A DNA stretch of 64,000 bases from Minisyncoccota bacterium (GTDB lineage Bacteria > Patescibacteriota > Minisyncoccia > Phycocordibacterales > UBA6065), in contig DASWWW010000003.1 in NCBI GenBank assembly GCA_036400935.1, forward strand, positions 101,083 to 165,082. Direction: 5' to 3'. This document shows, piece by piece, positions 39,101 to 48,856 of this stretch. The position numbers and the translations under genes are program-made. The notes below the pieces were generated by a model. It did no database searches. It worked only from the letters and a program-made list of their open reading frames with translations, and was not told where the DNA came from. Numbering within the stretch: the stretch's first letter is position 1; every line of letters begins with the position of its first letter.

Positions 39101-39880
39101 TTATTTCTTCGCCACCTCCCACATGTTCTGCCACATGAGCTTCATGATGTGGCAGAATTCCTTGCTGTGAACCGTAAAGGCGATCTTCTCACTACCGCCT
39201 GACGCGAAAAGGCACTTGTCCCCGTAAATCCAGTAGCTCATCTTCCAGTCTGTGCCCTTGGGCATGTATCGGACGTTCGTGCGCGTCTTTTGGACGCTAT
39301 TCTCGAGCCATGAATGCTCCTTGGTCTGGAGCGCACGATCGCCGTGCTTCTCGATCGAATAGAACATCACGCCGTACTGGTGGCGCTGCTCGCCGTGCCA
39401 TCGCAGGAACTGCTCGCCGAGGCTGTCGAGCATATCCTGCATGGGCCACATGAGATAGGTTTCAGTGTGATGCTTGGTCCAGGGCATGTCGCGGAACGCC
39501 TGCTGTATGCCGAGGGTGCCCGAATAGAAGCGGATTTTGGGCTTGCCTGCAGGCTCCGCTTTGGCATGGCTATCCATGAACGAGAGCAGGGAAGAGTGGG
39601 CTGCCTTGAACTCCTCCATTCTCTGGGCATGGGCGCGCACGAGCTGCTCCTTGTCAGACATACCGTATTTTTTCCCGCGTTCACTATCCTCGCTGTATTC
39701 GTTTATCAAACTCTTGTCTACAAGGATCGCGACGGCGTCATATACGGATGATTTTGGTATGGCGAGGCGCGCGGATATATCGGCGACGCTCGACGAGCCG
39801 TTGCGGGCAATATCCGTCAGCACCTTGCGCGCGACGGGCTTGAGCCCGAGTGTTTCTAGGAAAGCTTCGTTTTTAACCAT
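39101..39880 (-). CDS. TrmB-family transcriptional regulator (T2)
   Basis: LGLK....V...ISARLAIPKSSVYDAV..L HTH; PKIRFYSG..GI; IYGDK; ends MWEVA. Confidence 0.87.
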   Translation of the reverse strand: MVKNEAFLETLGLKPVARKVLTDIARNGSSSVADISARLAIPKSSVYDAVAILVDKSLINEYSEDSERGKKYGMSDKEQLVRAHAQRMEEFKAAHSSLLSFMDSHAKAEPAGKPKIRFYSGTLGIQQAFRDMPWTKHHTETYLMWPMQDMLDSLGEQFLRWHGEQRHQYGVMFYSIEKHGDRALQTKEHSWLENSVQKTRTNVRYMPKGTDWKMSYWIYGDKCLFASGGSEKIAFTVHSKEFCHIMKLMWQNMWEVAKK

Positions 39881-39961
39881 ATGTGTATTAATTATTCGCT
39901 TTTCGCCGAATTATATACAAATAATACCATTCATATAGTATAACGGCAAGCCAATATACAT

Positions 39962-41071
39962 ATGAAAAAATACATATACATTGTCATTGCGATCGTCGTG
40001 ATTATAGCGGTATGCGTTTCGGTAAATAGGGTAGATAAGGATACTGCCGTGGCAGAGCGGCCAATAAAGATCGGCGCGGTTATCTCGCTCTCGGGTCCAG
40101 CGGCTGCATTCGGCGAATACGCGAAAAGCGGCATGGAGCTTGCGGCAAAGGAAATAAATTCCAAAGGCGGAATGAAGGGCCGAACTGTCGAGATCGTATT
40201 CGGGGACGACAAGACCGATCCGAAGTCAGCCGTGTCGGCCTTCAATAAGCTGTCGAGCGTAGACGGCGTGGACGCGTACGTCGGCGGGCTCTGGGATTTT
40301 ATGGCTCAGCCGCTTTTGCCGCTCGCCCTTTCAAGCAAGACCGCTTTCATATCGCCGTCGCAGTTCAGAATTGAAGGCGCTTTCGACCTTAACGAGCAGT
40401 CGTTCGTGATGCTTACCGATTTTGATAAGGTCATCTCGAGCCTTAGGCCATTCTTGGAGAAAAGCGACGTGAAGAAAATCGCTGTTGTCCATTTTGCTTC
40501 GGGTTTTGGCAGGGAGATCGCCGAAACGATCGATTCGATAAGCCAGGATTTGGGCAAGGGAAAGATTATCGATGAGCAATACGCAGCGATCGGGACAAAT
40601 GACTTCAAGACCACGATCGCAAAGCTCAAGGCCGCCAATGTCGATACCGTCTTTCTCGATATGGTCGACATTGACCCGATAACGTTTCTCAAACGATCAA
40701 AGGAGATGGGATTCGCTCCAAAATTCATCACATACAATGGCGCGCTCGATTCGTTCAAGCAGACCGATATGCAGCTCGCCGAAGGGGTGTTCATTCTTGA
40801 TTGGGAATTCGCGGGCCCTCGCTTCGATAAGCTCTATCAGGACACGTACGGCAGGATCGCGTCCAAGTCCGTGAGCAAGGCATATGACGCCGTATATATC
40901 CTGGCTGAGGCAATAGCGAATACCAACAGCAGGGAAGATGTCGCCGCATATGTAGAGTCGCATTCGTTCGAAACCATGAATGGCACGATCCGGTTCTTGC
41001 CAACGCACGCGGTTGAGACGACGGATGTGTTGCTGAAGGTCGTTAGGGCGGGGAAGGCGATGGCTATTTAA
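39962..41071 (+). CDS. LivJ/K-like substrate-binding protein (S2)
   Basis: IKIGAVISLSGPAAAFG; EINSKGG.KGR; DDKTDP; NDFKTTI; AYDAV. Confidence 0.9.
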   Translation: MKKYIYIVIAIVVIIAVCVSVNRVDKDTAVAERPIKIGAVISLSGPAAAFGEYAKSGMELAAKEINSKGGMKGRTVEIVFGDDKTDPKSAVSAFNKLSSVDGVDAYVGGLWDFMAQPLLPLALSSKTAFISPSQFRIEGAFDLNEQSFVMLTDFDKVISSLRPFLEKSDVKKIAVVHFASGFGREIAETIDSISQDLGKGKIIDEQYAAIGTNDFKTTIAKLKAANVDTVFLDMVDIDPITFLKRSKEMGFAPKFITYNGALDSFKQTDMQLAEGVFILDWEFAGPRFDKLYQDTYGRIASKSVSKAYDAVYILAEAIANTNSREDVAAYVESHSFETMNGTIRFLPTHAVETTDVLLKVVRAGKAMAI

Positions 41072-41801
41072 GCATCTCCCTCAGTTTCTCCTCGATATTC
41101 GTTGCGACGGTCTGATCTTGAATCAATCGGAAGGTAGAATCCATCATTTTGGCAATCTGCGCGTCATGGATCTCGATGGCGAATTTCCTCTCCATATTTA
41201 CGAGGATGGTTCTTGGCCCGTGGAGGAATATTTGCGCCGCATGATCGAAATAGGACGGGTCGAATAGACTTACTTTGAATGGCCTGCCAGTATAGGAATC
41301 GACCCAGTCCTTGCCGAAGAATTCCGCATGATCACGATAGCATTCAATCGAGCTGATTACCTCTGTAACGATTTTATTTCTCTTGAGCGAGCGGTTGGCG
41401 TTCACTATCGGCTCCTCGCCGATAGCTTCGCGCCATGGCTTGCCGACCTTGTTGCCGAGGAGCGATTTGAGGCGGTGCTTCGGGTCGCGGGCGAATTTCT
41501 CGAAAAGTTCGATGATGTCTTTCGGGTCGGTGTATATGCGGATCGAGCGCATCGGCTTTTCATTTTCGGGCTGGACGAATGCGATATCTAGCTTATTCCA
41601 GTATGTTTTCTTGCCTTTCTTGCTCGCTGCTACAAGTCCGCGCTTCTTGAGACGATCAAGGGCGATGTATGCCGTGGGGCGGGGGATCGAGGTCTTTTCG
41701 GACAGACTGAGGGGGGTTTCGTCTGTGCCGAAGTGCTTGAGGATAGCTTTTTCGTTCTTGCTGAGGAGCAGCGCCCTCTCGAAATCTGCTGGTAAATTCA
41801 T
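41064..41801 (-). CDS. TrmB-family transcriptional regulator (T3)
   Basis: LSKNEKAI...LSEKTSIPRPTAYIAL.RL..RGLV; FAIEIHD..IA.M. Confidence 0.82.
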   Translation of the reverse strand: MNLPADFERALLLSKNEKAILKHFGTDETPLSLSEKTSIPRPTAYIALDRLKKRGLVAASKKGKKTYWNKLDIAFVQPENEKPMRSIRIYTDPKDIIELFEKFARDPKHRLKSLLGNKVGKPWREAIGEEPIVNANRSLKRNKIVTEVISSIECYRDHAEFFGKDWVDSYTGRPFKVSLFDPSYFDHAAQIFLHGPRTILVNMERKFAIEIHDAQIAKMMDSTFRLIQDQTVATNIEEKLREMLK

Positions 41802-41825
41802 GCCGTCATCATAGCTGGACGCTAT

Positions 41826-41850
41826 AAAATGTCAATAATCCTGACATTTT
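41826..41850. promoter_or_regulatory. Palindromic operator AAAATGTCA-N7-TGACATTTT overlapping the -35 of the T3 promoter
   Basis: Perfect 9-bp arms; minus strand TTGACA-16-TATGAT-6-ATG. Confidence 0.72.
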
Positions 41851-41952
41851 GTGATGGTTGAAACTTGGCTCAAATAAAAGACTTTTACCGGCAAATCCGA
41901 TGAGAAAAAGGGCGGCCCGTTACATATAAAGGGAATGCGCTAGTATGGCGTC

Positions 41953-43044
41953 ATGACAATAAAAGCAAAAATATTCTCGGCCGCCCTGGCTATCGTACTA
42001 ATCGTTGGCATCGCGACCTTTATCGGCAATCGCGAGGCCGATCAGAATTCCGCGGGCTTCAAGGTCGGTTTGATCTCGATTCTTTCTGGAGACTATGCTG
42101 CCGTCGGCGAAGCGTTCAAGAACGGCGCTGTGCTCGCCCAAGAGGAATACAATGCGGCGCATCCTGCCGCGCCCGTCGAGCTCTACATTGAGGACGACGG
42201 ATTCAGTGGCGGGCGCGGCGTGAGCGCGTATCAGAAGCTTGTCGGCTTGGACAAGGTGGACGCGCTAATAAACGTCTCGACTCCGACAATCGATTCGATA
42301 TATGAAACCGTCTCAAAGACTGACATGCCCGTGATCCAGGGCGGAGAACAGGGCCGGGAGCCTTCGGACGACAACGTCTTTGGCATATATCCATCGAGCA
42401 TCGAATCCGAATACGACTACGGCGTCTATATGCGCGAGCAAGGCATCCGCGAGATGGCCCTCGTCTATACGAACATTGATGCAATGGTGCGTTTCGTCGA
42501 TGCGTTCAAAGAAGGCTTTCAAGGCAAGACGACCGATTTCATAATCAAGGCCGATGAGAAGGACCTCCGTCCGCACGCGCTAAAGGTGGCGGCGTCCGGA
42601 TACGAGACTGTCGGCACATTTATCGTGCCGCAGCAGGGCGCGCAGTTCCTAAAAGAGTACTTGAAGGTTGCTCCAAAAAAGCCGAAGTTCTTCTTTGATA
42701 CAAATTTCCAATCAGGCTTTACCGATTACGAGCGCATTCTCGGAGATCTGACTATTCTCGACGGCAGCATCGTTGGAAGCATGAACATTCCGACTACTGA
42801 TCAGTTCAGGGCATCATACAAAGCTCGCTTTGGTTCGGACGCCGGCTTTCTTGCCGACATAGGCTATGATGCATTCAATGTACTCGCGCGGACGCATGAT
42901 GTTGATCCAAAAAAGTGGCAGGAGAATATCAAAAAGCTCAGCATGGTAGGAGCGAGCGGAGTCACCAAATTCAGCGAGAAGGGGAATCGCAAGCCGGATA
43001 CGAAGATGATGGTTATGAAAGGTGGAAAAATTTCCGAAATCTAG
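41953..43044 (+). CDS. LivJ/K-like substrate-binding protein (S3)
   Basis: KVGLISILSGDYAAVG; IEDD; GYDA; GASG..KF. Confidence 0.88.
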   Translation: MTIKAKIFSAALAIVLIVGIATFIGNREADQNSAGFKVGLISILSGDYAAVGEAFKNGAVLAQEEYNAAHPAAPVELYIEDDGFSGGRGVSAYQKLVGLDKVDALINVSTPTIDSIYETVSKTDMPVIQGGEQGREPSDDNVFGIYPSSIESEYDYGVYMREQGIREMALVYTNIDAMVRFVDAFKEGFQGKTTDFIIKADEKDLRPHALKVAASGYETVGTFIVPQQGAQFLKEYLKVAPKKPKFFFDTNFQSGFTDYERILGDLTILDGSIVGSMNIPTTDQFRASYKARFGSDAGFLADIGYDAFNVLARTHDVDPKKWQENIKKLSMVGASGVTKFSEKGNRKPDTKMMVMKGGKISEI

Positions 43045-43049
43045 GCCGC

Positions 43050-43077
43050 CAAAACCGTCCCCTCCAGGGCGGTTTTG
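43050..43077 (+). terminator. Terminator-like hairpin between S3 and livH
   Basis: caaaaccgtcc-cctcca-gggcggttttg. Confidence 0.55.
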
Positions 43078-43120
43078 CTTTGCGCCATTCGTGCTATTCT
43101 GAGTGTACAAATCTACCGCC

Positions 43121-43987
43121 ATGGACATAGTCCCACAGCTCGTACTGAATTCCATCATCGCCGGCGCCATCTATATGATGATTGCGCTGGGCTTTAACCT
43201 GATTTACTCGACGGCCAAATTCTTCGACCTCGGCTACGGCGTTCTTACGGCTATCGGCGGCTACGCAACATTCTTCTTTTACAAGAAGCTTGGCCTCGAC
43301 CTCTCCATCGCTATCATCCTCGGCGTTGCTATCGCGGGCGCCATCGGCTATGCGGTGCAAAAGATCGTGTATAAGCCGCTTCGTGCGCGTAAGGCGTCCA
43401 ACATGGTCATGCTCGTGGCATCGCTCGGCGTATTTACCGCATTGCAGGCGCTCATCGCCATTTTCTTCTCGAGCCAGTTCCAGACGCTCTCCATGAATGC
43501 GGGCGGGGACAGGGTATTCGACATCGGCGGGGCGGTCATCACTCAGGTTCAGCTCATCATTCTCGTTTCAGGACTCGTCATCATGGGCATTCTCGGCTTC
43601 GTCTTGAAAAAGACTATGTTCGGCAAGGCGGTGAAGGCCGTTGCCGATGACGAGGAGGTCTCCAAGATCGTCGGTATCAATACGAACAAGGTCGTCTCCG
43701 GCGTATTCATCATCGGCTCGATGATAGCGGGACTCGCCGGCATATTCGTCGGCTTTGATACGGGAATCGAGCCGACGATGGGCATGTCTCTGTTGTTGAA
43801 GGGAGTGATCGCGTCCATCGTCGGCGGCATCGGCAACGTGTATGGAAGCGTGCTCGGCGCATTCCTCCTCGGCTTCGTCGAGAACTTCGGCATCTGGAAG
43901 ATTTCGGGCGAGTGGAAGGACGCGATCGCGTTTGGCCTGCTCATAATTTTCCTGCTGTGGAGACCGCAGGGGATTTTGAAAAGGTAG
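43121..43987 (+). CDS. livH: Branched-chain amino acid-type ABC permease LivH
   Basis: GAIYMMIALGFNLIY; FGKAVKAVADD; IVGGIGN..G..LG; RPQGI. Confidence 0.88.
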   Translation: MDIVPQLVLNSIIAGAIYMMIALGFNLIYSTAKFFDLGYGVLTAIGGYATFFFYKKLGLDLSIAIILGVAIAGAIGYAVQKIVYKPLRARKASNMVMLVASLGVFTALQALIAIFFSSQFQTLSMNAGGDRVFDIGGAVITQVQLIILVSGLVIMGILGFVLKKTMFGKAVKAVADDEEVSKIVGINTNKVVSGVFIIGSMIAGLAGIFVGFDTGIEPTMGMSLLLKGVIASIVGGIGNVYGSVLGAFLLGFVENFGIWKISGEWKDAIAFGLLIIFLLWRPQGILKR

Positions 43988-44012
43988 GCCCGCTTAATTT
44001 ACAAATAACATC

Positions 44013-45119
44013 ATGAGCAAAAACAAACTTTGGATAATTGTAGGGATTCTCGCGGTACTGATCATCGCCCTTGTTTGCCTAAGCGGGTCTCGCTCAGGTG
44101 ACGGGCTCAGCAAGCCGATCAAGATTGGCGTAATGGCCATACTTAGCGGCGATGCAGCTGCGTGGGGAAACAATGCAAAGAAGGCTATCGACATGGCTAT
44201 TGAGGAGCATAATGCCAAGTATCCGGAAAAGCAGGTGGAGACCGTCTATGTCGATACAAAGGGCGACTCGAAGGAGGCCGTTACCGGGTTTACGAAGCTC
44301 ACCAAGGTAGATAAGGTGCAGTTCATAATCGGCCCTCTTTTTTTGAATGAGCTGACTTCGATTGATCCTCTCGTGCAGGCTTCCGGCATTCCTGTAATCT
44401 CTCCAGCCTATACACCTAAGGAAAACAGGAAGAATCCAAAGAATCCGCTGCTCATGTGGATGGACGCCATGATCGAGACTGAGCGAATCGCTCGCTACGT
44501 GATTGGTCAGGGGGTAAAGACTGTCTCCATAATTCATTCCACTGATGCTTGGGAAACGTCGGTTGCTGGGGAGTTCAAGAAGCAGGTCGAGGCGGCAGGC
44601 GTAAAGGTCCTGGCTGTCGAGACCGTTCAGCAGGATGCTAACGACGTCAGGCTTTCGGTTACGAAGCTCATCGCAGGCAAGCCTGAGGCGGTCTTCCTCT
44701 CGACTTACTTCCAGTATATAAATTCGCTTAAGGCGCTCGGCGAGCAGAGATATTCGGGAAAGATGTTCAGCATCGAGATCGATGATTATCTTGCTGGAGA
44801 GACCAAGGATTTCGTGCGAGAGGTCTTGGCTATAAATCCTGAAAATTACAGCTCGGATTTCAGTGCCGCATTCGAGAAGAGATACGGCGTACGCCCGGGC
44901 ATGCCAGCCGGCCATGCGTTCGACGCGGCTAACTTGCTCTTGGAAAATATCGCAAAGGATTCGAGCAAAGAGAGCGTATTCAACGATTTCAAGACGAGAA
45001 GCTCGTACAAGGGCGTCTCCGGCGAGATCACTTTCACTCCTGATGGAAAGACGCTTTTCCCGACGGCTCTTTACCGAATAAGCGACGGCAAGATAGAGAG
45101 GGTAGGACCGTTGGAATAA
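44013..45119 (+). CDS. LivJ/K-like substrate-binding protein (S4)
   Basis: IKIGVMAILSGDAAAWG; DTKGD; IIGP; GVSGEITF..DG. Confidence 0.9.
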   Translation: MSKNKLWIIVGILAVLIIALVCLSGSRSGDGLSKPIKIGVMAILSGDAAAWGNNAKKAIDMAIEEHNAKYPEKQVETVYVDTKGDSKEAVTGFTKLTKVDKVQFIIGPLFLNELTSIDPLVQASGIPVISPAYTPKENRKNPKNPLLMWMDAMIETERIARYVIGQGVKTVSIIHSTDAWETSVAGEFKKQVEAAGVKVLAVETVQQDANDVRLSVTKLIAGKPEAVFLSTYFQYINSLKALGEQRYSGKMFSIEIDDYLAGETKDFVREVLAINPENYSSDFSAAFEKRYGVRPGMPAGHAFDAANLLLENIAKDSSKESVFNDFKTRSSYKGVSGEITFTPDGKTLFPTALYRISDGKIERVGPLE

Positions 45120-45123
45120 AAGC

Positions 45124-45990
45124 ATGGAATACCTCATTCACCTCGGAATACTCGTCGCCATATATGCCATACTCGGCATATCGCTCAATCTCGTGGTCGG
45201 ATACGCGGGACTGCTCTCGATCACGCAGGCGGCGTTCTACGGAATCGGCGCTTATTCGACGGCCATCCTAATGACGAATTACGGTGTGAATTTCTTCGTA
45301 TCGATACTCGTCGGCATGGTGGCAACGGCGATCGTGAGCCTTCTCGTGGGCTTCGTCCTGTCGCGATTCCGCGAGGACTACTATGCCCTTGGCTCGTTTG
45401 GCTTCAATATCATCATCTACAGCATATTTCTGAATTGGCAGTCTCTGACTCGCGGTCCGCTCGGCATTCCGGGCATCGATAGGCCTGAGGTATTCGGCTT
45501 CTCGTTCTCTGAGAATATCTGGTTCCTTGTCCTGGTCGTGGCTGCCGGCGCCCTCATCTATTATTTAACCGAATACATTTCAAAATCGGCATTCGGCCGC
45601 GTGCTCAAGGCGATCCGCGAGGACGAACAGGCGATTCAGATATTCGGTTACAAGACCATTTACTACAAGCTCGCTATATTCGTAATATCGGCGGTGATAG
45701 CGGGAATCGCCGGAGCGTTCTTCGCGAGCTACATCACGTTCATCGATCCATCGACGTTCACTCTCAACGAGTCGATCTTTGTCCTCTCGATCATCATCCT
45801 CGGAGGCCTCGCGAACATCCGCGGCTCGATCCTCGGCGCACTCTTCCTTATTCTCTTGCCGGAAATCCTGCGCTTCGTCGGCTTCCCGTCGGATATCGCA
45901 GCCCAGATGCGCCAGGTTGTGTACGGAGTGCTCTTGATCGTGCTGATGTTGTATAGGCCGCAGGGATTGTTGGGGGAGTACAAGCTCTAA
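45124..45990 (+). CDS. livM: Branched-chain amino acid-type ABC permease LivM
   Basis: SLNLVVGYAGLLSITQAAFYGIGAY; LTRGPLG; FGRVLKAIREDE; RPQGL. Confidence 0.9.
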   Translation: MEYLIHLGILVAIYAILGISLNLVVGYAGLLSITQAAFYGIGAYSTAILMTNYGVNFFVSILVGMVATAIVSLLVGFVLSRFREDYYALGSFGFNIIIYSIFLNWQSLTRGPLGIPGIDRPEVFGFSFSENIWFLVLVVAAGALIYYLTEYISKSAFGRVLKAIREDEQAIQIFGYKTIYYKLAIFVISAVIAGIAGAFFASYITFIDPSTFTLNESIFVLSIIILGGLANIRGSILGALFLILLPEILRFVGFPSDIAAQMRQVVYGVLLIVLMLYRPQGLLGEYKL

Positions 45991-46046
45991 TTGTAATAAG
46001 TCGGACTAGTGCTATCCTTTAATTAATTACTAATAGCCATACTTTA

Positions 46047-47186
46047 ATGAAAAAGACCGTCTGGACCGTCATTGCTGTTATTGTCATTATTCTCATAGCT
46101 GTCTTGGCCCAGAAGCCTTCCAAAGAGGCCGCCACAGGCCCTGTACGGCTCGGAGGCGCATTTATGATTACCGGCCCCGCTGCTCCCGTGGGCGAGCTTC
46201 AGCAGAAGGGCGCGAGCCTGGCTGTCGAGACGATCAACAATGCCGGAGGCATTAACGGTCGTCCTATCGAGATCGTAATCGAGGATGCGGGCTATGATCC
46301 AAAGACCGCCGTAAGCGCGTACCAGGCTCTCAAGATCAAGGGACTGAAGCTCTTCATCATGGATGGAAGCTCGGTCGTCTCTGCAACACACCAGCTCGTC
46401 GTCGATGACGGTAACTTTACGATCGCCGGCGGCGCTACGGCTCCTTCTTATTTCGATAACAGCATCCAGTCGTGCCGCATCGCCCTCACCGCAAAGGACT
46501 TCGCTCCCGGAATGGCTGAGATCCTCCGCAAGCACGACTACAAGAACGTCGCAGTCTTCCTTGCCGACAACGAATACGGCAGGGGACTCGCTTCTGAGTT
46601 CGTCAAAGCCTTCAATGGAAAGGACGAGTCGATCGTAGTGACTGAATTCTACAGCGGCTCTGCGGGTTCAAGCGATTTCAGGACGAATATTCTCAAGATA
46701 AAGGCGCAGCAGGACAAGATAGACGCCATCGTGTTCTCAAACATTCTCACGAACGCGGAGGGCATGCTGAGGCAGATGAAGGAGCTCGGCGTCAACAAGC
46801 CCATCGTGAGTGACAACCCTACATTCGAGAACCCTTCGATCAAGGATTTCTCCCTTCTCGAGGGAACCGAGGTGGTTGATTATGAATACACTCGAGCAAT
46901 CCAGCCTACCGATTCGGCAAAGGTTAAGGGCTTCAAGGAGGCGTATCGCGCGAAGTACGGCATCGATCCCCAGTACTTCGGAGCGGGAACATATGACTCG
47001 ATCATGCTTGTCGCGGAGGCTGTAGGAAAAGTCGGCGAAGATCCAAAGGCAGTCGCGAAATACATCAGCTCACTCAAGAATTACGAGGGTGTTACCGGAA
47101 CGTACACCTTCGACAACGATTGCGAGGTCGACCGAACCCTTATAACCCGCGGTATTAAGAATGGGGTCAAGGTGGATATTAAATAG
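46047..47186 (+). CDS. LivJ/K-like substrate-binding protein (S5)
   Basis: INNAGGINGRPIEIVIED; NEYGRG; DFRT; TYD; GVTG.YTFD. Confidence 0.9.
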   Translation: MKKTVWTVIAVIVIILIAVLAQKPSKEAATGPVRLGGAFMITGPAAPVGELQQKGASLAVETINNAGGINGRPIEIVIEDAGYDPKTAVSAYQALKIKGLKLFIMDGSSVVSATHQLVVDDGNFTIAGGATAPSYFDNSIQSCRIALTAKDFAPGMAEILRKHDYKNVAVFLADNEYGRGLASEFVKAFNGKDESIVVTEFYSGSAGSSDFRTNILKIKAQQDKIDAIVFSNILTNAEGMLRQMKELGVNKPIVSDNPTFENPSIKDFSLLEGTEVVDYEYTRAIQPTDSAKVKGFKEAYRAKYGIDPQYFGAGTYDSIMLVAEAVGKVGEDPKAVAKYISSLKNYEGVTGTYTFDNDCEVDRTLITRGIKNGVKVDIK

Positions 47187-47195
47187 CCTCAATCA

Positions 47196-47948
47196 GTGTC
47201 GATTCTCAGCACAAAAAACCTTATAAAGCATTTCGACGGCGTCCATGCCGTGGACAGCCTTTCGATTTCATTCGAGGCGGGCAAAGTGACGGCCCTAATC
47301 GGCCCTAACGGCTCGGGCAAGTCGACTCTCATCAACACCCTTACAGGCCTGCACGCTATGGACGGCGGCATCGTCCGCATAGGCGAGAAGACTGAGCTCA
47401 CCAAGATCGACCCGTCTGAAGTCGCCTCATACGGCCTTACCAGGACGTTCCAGGACGTGCGCCTGTTCGAGCAGATGACCGTTCTCGATAATATCCTCGT
47501 AGTCCTCACGGATCGAGGCATAGCGAGCGCTTTTGTAAGCAAGCACAATGCCTTTCACCTTGAGAAGGCCGAGGAAGTGCTCCGTAAAGTCGGCCTGTGG
47601 GACAAGCGCAACGAGCTCGCTTTGGGGCTCTCGTACGGCCAGCGAAAGCTTGCTGAGATCGCGCGCATTCTCGCTATGATCCATTCGCCGTCAGGCGAGG
47701 CGCAGGTATTTTTCTTTGACGAGCCGTTCGCAGGACTGTTCCCGGAGATGATCAAGGTCGTCGTGTCTGCCATAAAGGAACTGCGGGCAGCGGGCAAGAC
47801 GGTCATTCTCGTCGAGCACAATATGGATCTCATTCGCGAGCTATCGGATCACGTGTTCGTTTTGGACGCAGGCAAGATTCTGGCGCAGGGAACTGCCGCA
47901 CAGGTGCTTTCTAATAAGGAGGTTATCGAGGCGTATTTGGGGGAGTAG
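47196..47948 (+). CDS. livG: ABC ATP-binding protein LivG
   Basis: GPNGSGKST, RTFQ, LSYGQRK, DEP.AG, VEHNM, V.EAYLG; GTG start. Confidence 0.88.
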   Translation: MSILSTKNLIKHFDGVHAVDSLSISFEAGKVTALIGPNGSGKSTLINTLTGLHAMDGGIVRIGEKTELTKIDPSEVASYGLTRTFQDVRLFEQMTVLDNILVVLTDRGIASAFVSKHNAFHLEKAEEVLRKVGLWDKRNELALGLSYGQRKLAEIARILAMIHSPSGEAQVFFFDEPFAGLFPEMIKVVVSAIKELRAAGKTVILVEHNMDLIRELSDHVFVLDAGKILAQGTAAQVLSNKEVIEAYLGE

Positions 47949-48689
47949 CTACGCTTCCTTCGAAACCTTCCACAATGAATTGAACAGCGTAAGCATCGAC
48001 TCGGCGAAGTCGGTGCTTTCGACGAGGAAGCCGAAATTATCTCGCGTGGAGATGACGGCGACTTTGTTTTTGTATATGAACATCGTGTTTGGTATCACCG
48101 TGCCTGCGGGCGCGAATCGCGTCTCGCGGAGTGCCTTCTTGTCGGTAGGGTCGTACGTCTTGTCGGCGACTTCCTTGTCCCGGAGGCGCACGCCGATTAC
48201 CTTTATGCCGAGCTTTACGCGCCTCTTTACGTAATTTTCCATGAATTCCTTGCCAGCGACCTCGACGAGGTGCTTTGCCGAGCCGATGCAGTAGTATTCC
48301 TTGATCCCGCCGGTAAGGCTGTCCTCGAAAATGCTCTGGACGCCTTTCTTGCCCGAATAGAAGCGGATGAGTGGCGCTCCTTCGCCGGGGCGGTGCAGGC
48401 CGAGCAGGGAAGGAATGATGTTTTTGGCCACGAGCACGTTCTGCTCGGCCTGCTTTAAGAGCAAGTTAGGCGACTCTGCCTTGTACATGAGCTTCTTTGA
48501 CTGATGGACGACGGATACCAAGCCCTTTTCGGCGAGGCTCTCGAGTATGACGTAGCAGGTAGGGCGCTTCAGGCCAGTTTTGGCGGCAATTTCGGACGCG
48601 GAGAATATGCCGAGCATGAGCGCGTGGGTGTAAATGGTCGATTCCTTCGTATCGAGCCCGAGAGATCGCAGGTGCGGCGAATAGTCCAT
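47949..48689 (-). CDS. TrmB-family transcriptional regulator (T4)
   Basis: LGLDTKESTIY...IAAKTGLKRPTCYVILESLAEKGLV; IRFYSG..GV; IYKNKV; FNSLW. Confidence 0.9.
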   Translation of the reverse strand: MDYSPHLRSLGLDTKESTIYTHALMLGIFSASEIAAKTGLKRPTCYVILESLAEKGLVSVVHQSKKLMYKAESPNLLLKQAEQNVLVAKNIIPSLLGLHRPGEGAPLIRFYSGKKGVQSIFEDSLTGGIKEYYCIGSAKHLVEVAGKEFMENYVKRRVKLGIKVIGVRLRDKEVADKTYDPTDKKALRETRFAPAGTVIPNTMFIYKNKVAVISTRDNFGFLVESTDFAESMLTLFNSLWKVSKEA

Positions 48690-48717
48690 ATTCAGAGGCT
48701 ATCAGAATCACCTATTG

Positions 48718-48736
48718 TTGTCAATTTTTTTGACAA
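48718..48736. promoter_or_regulatory. Palindromic operator TTGTCA-N7-TGACAA overlapping the -35 of the T4 promoter
   Basis: ttgtcaatttttttgacaa; minus strand TTGACA-17-TAGCCT-6-ATG. Confidence 0.72.
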
Positions 48737-48856
48737 AATAACCCAAATTCTAAATTATGGCTATAAATATAGATTAAATTTGTATATATAAACAATTACT
48801 TTTGACTATTGTCTCATATACTTTACACTATTCAATATTAATTGTGTTATAAATAT

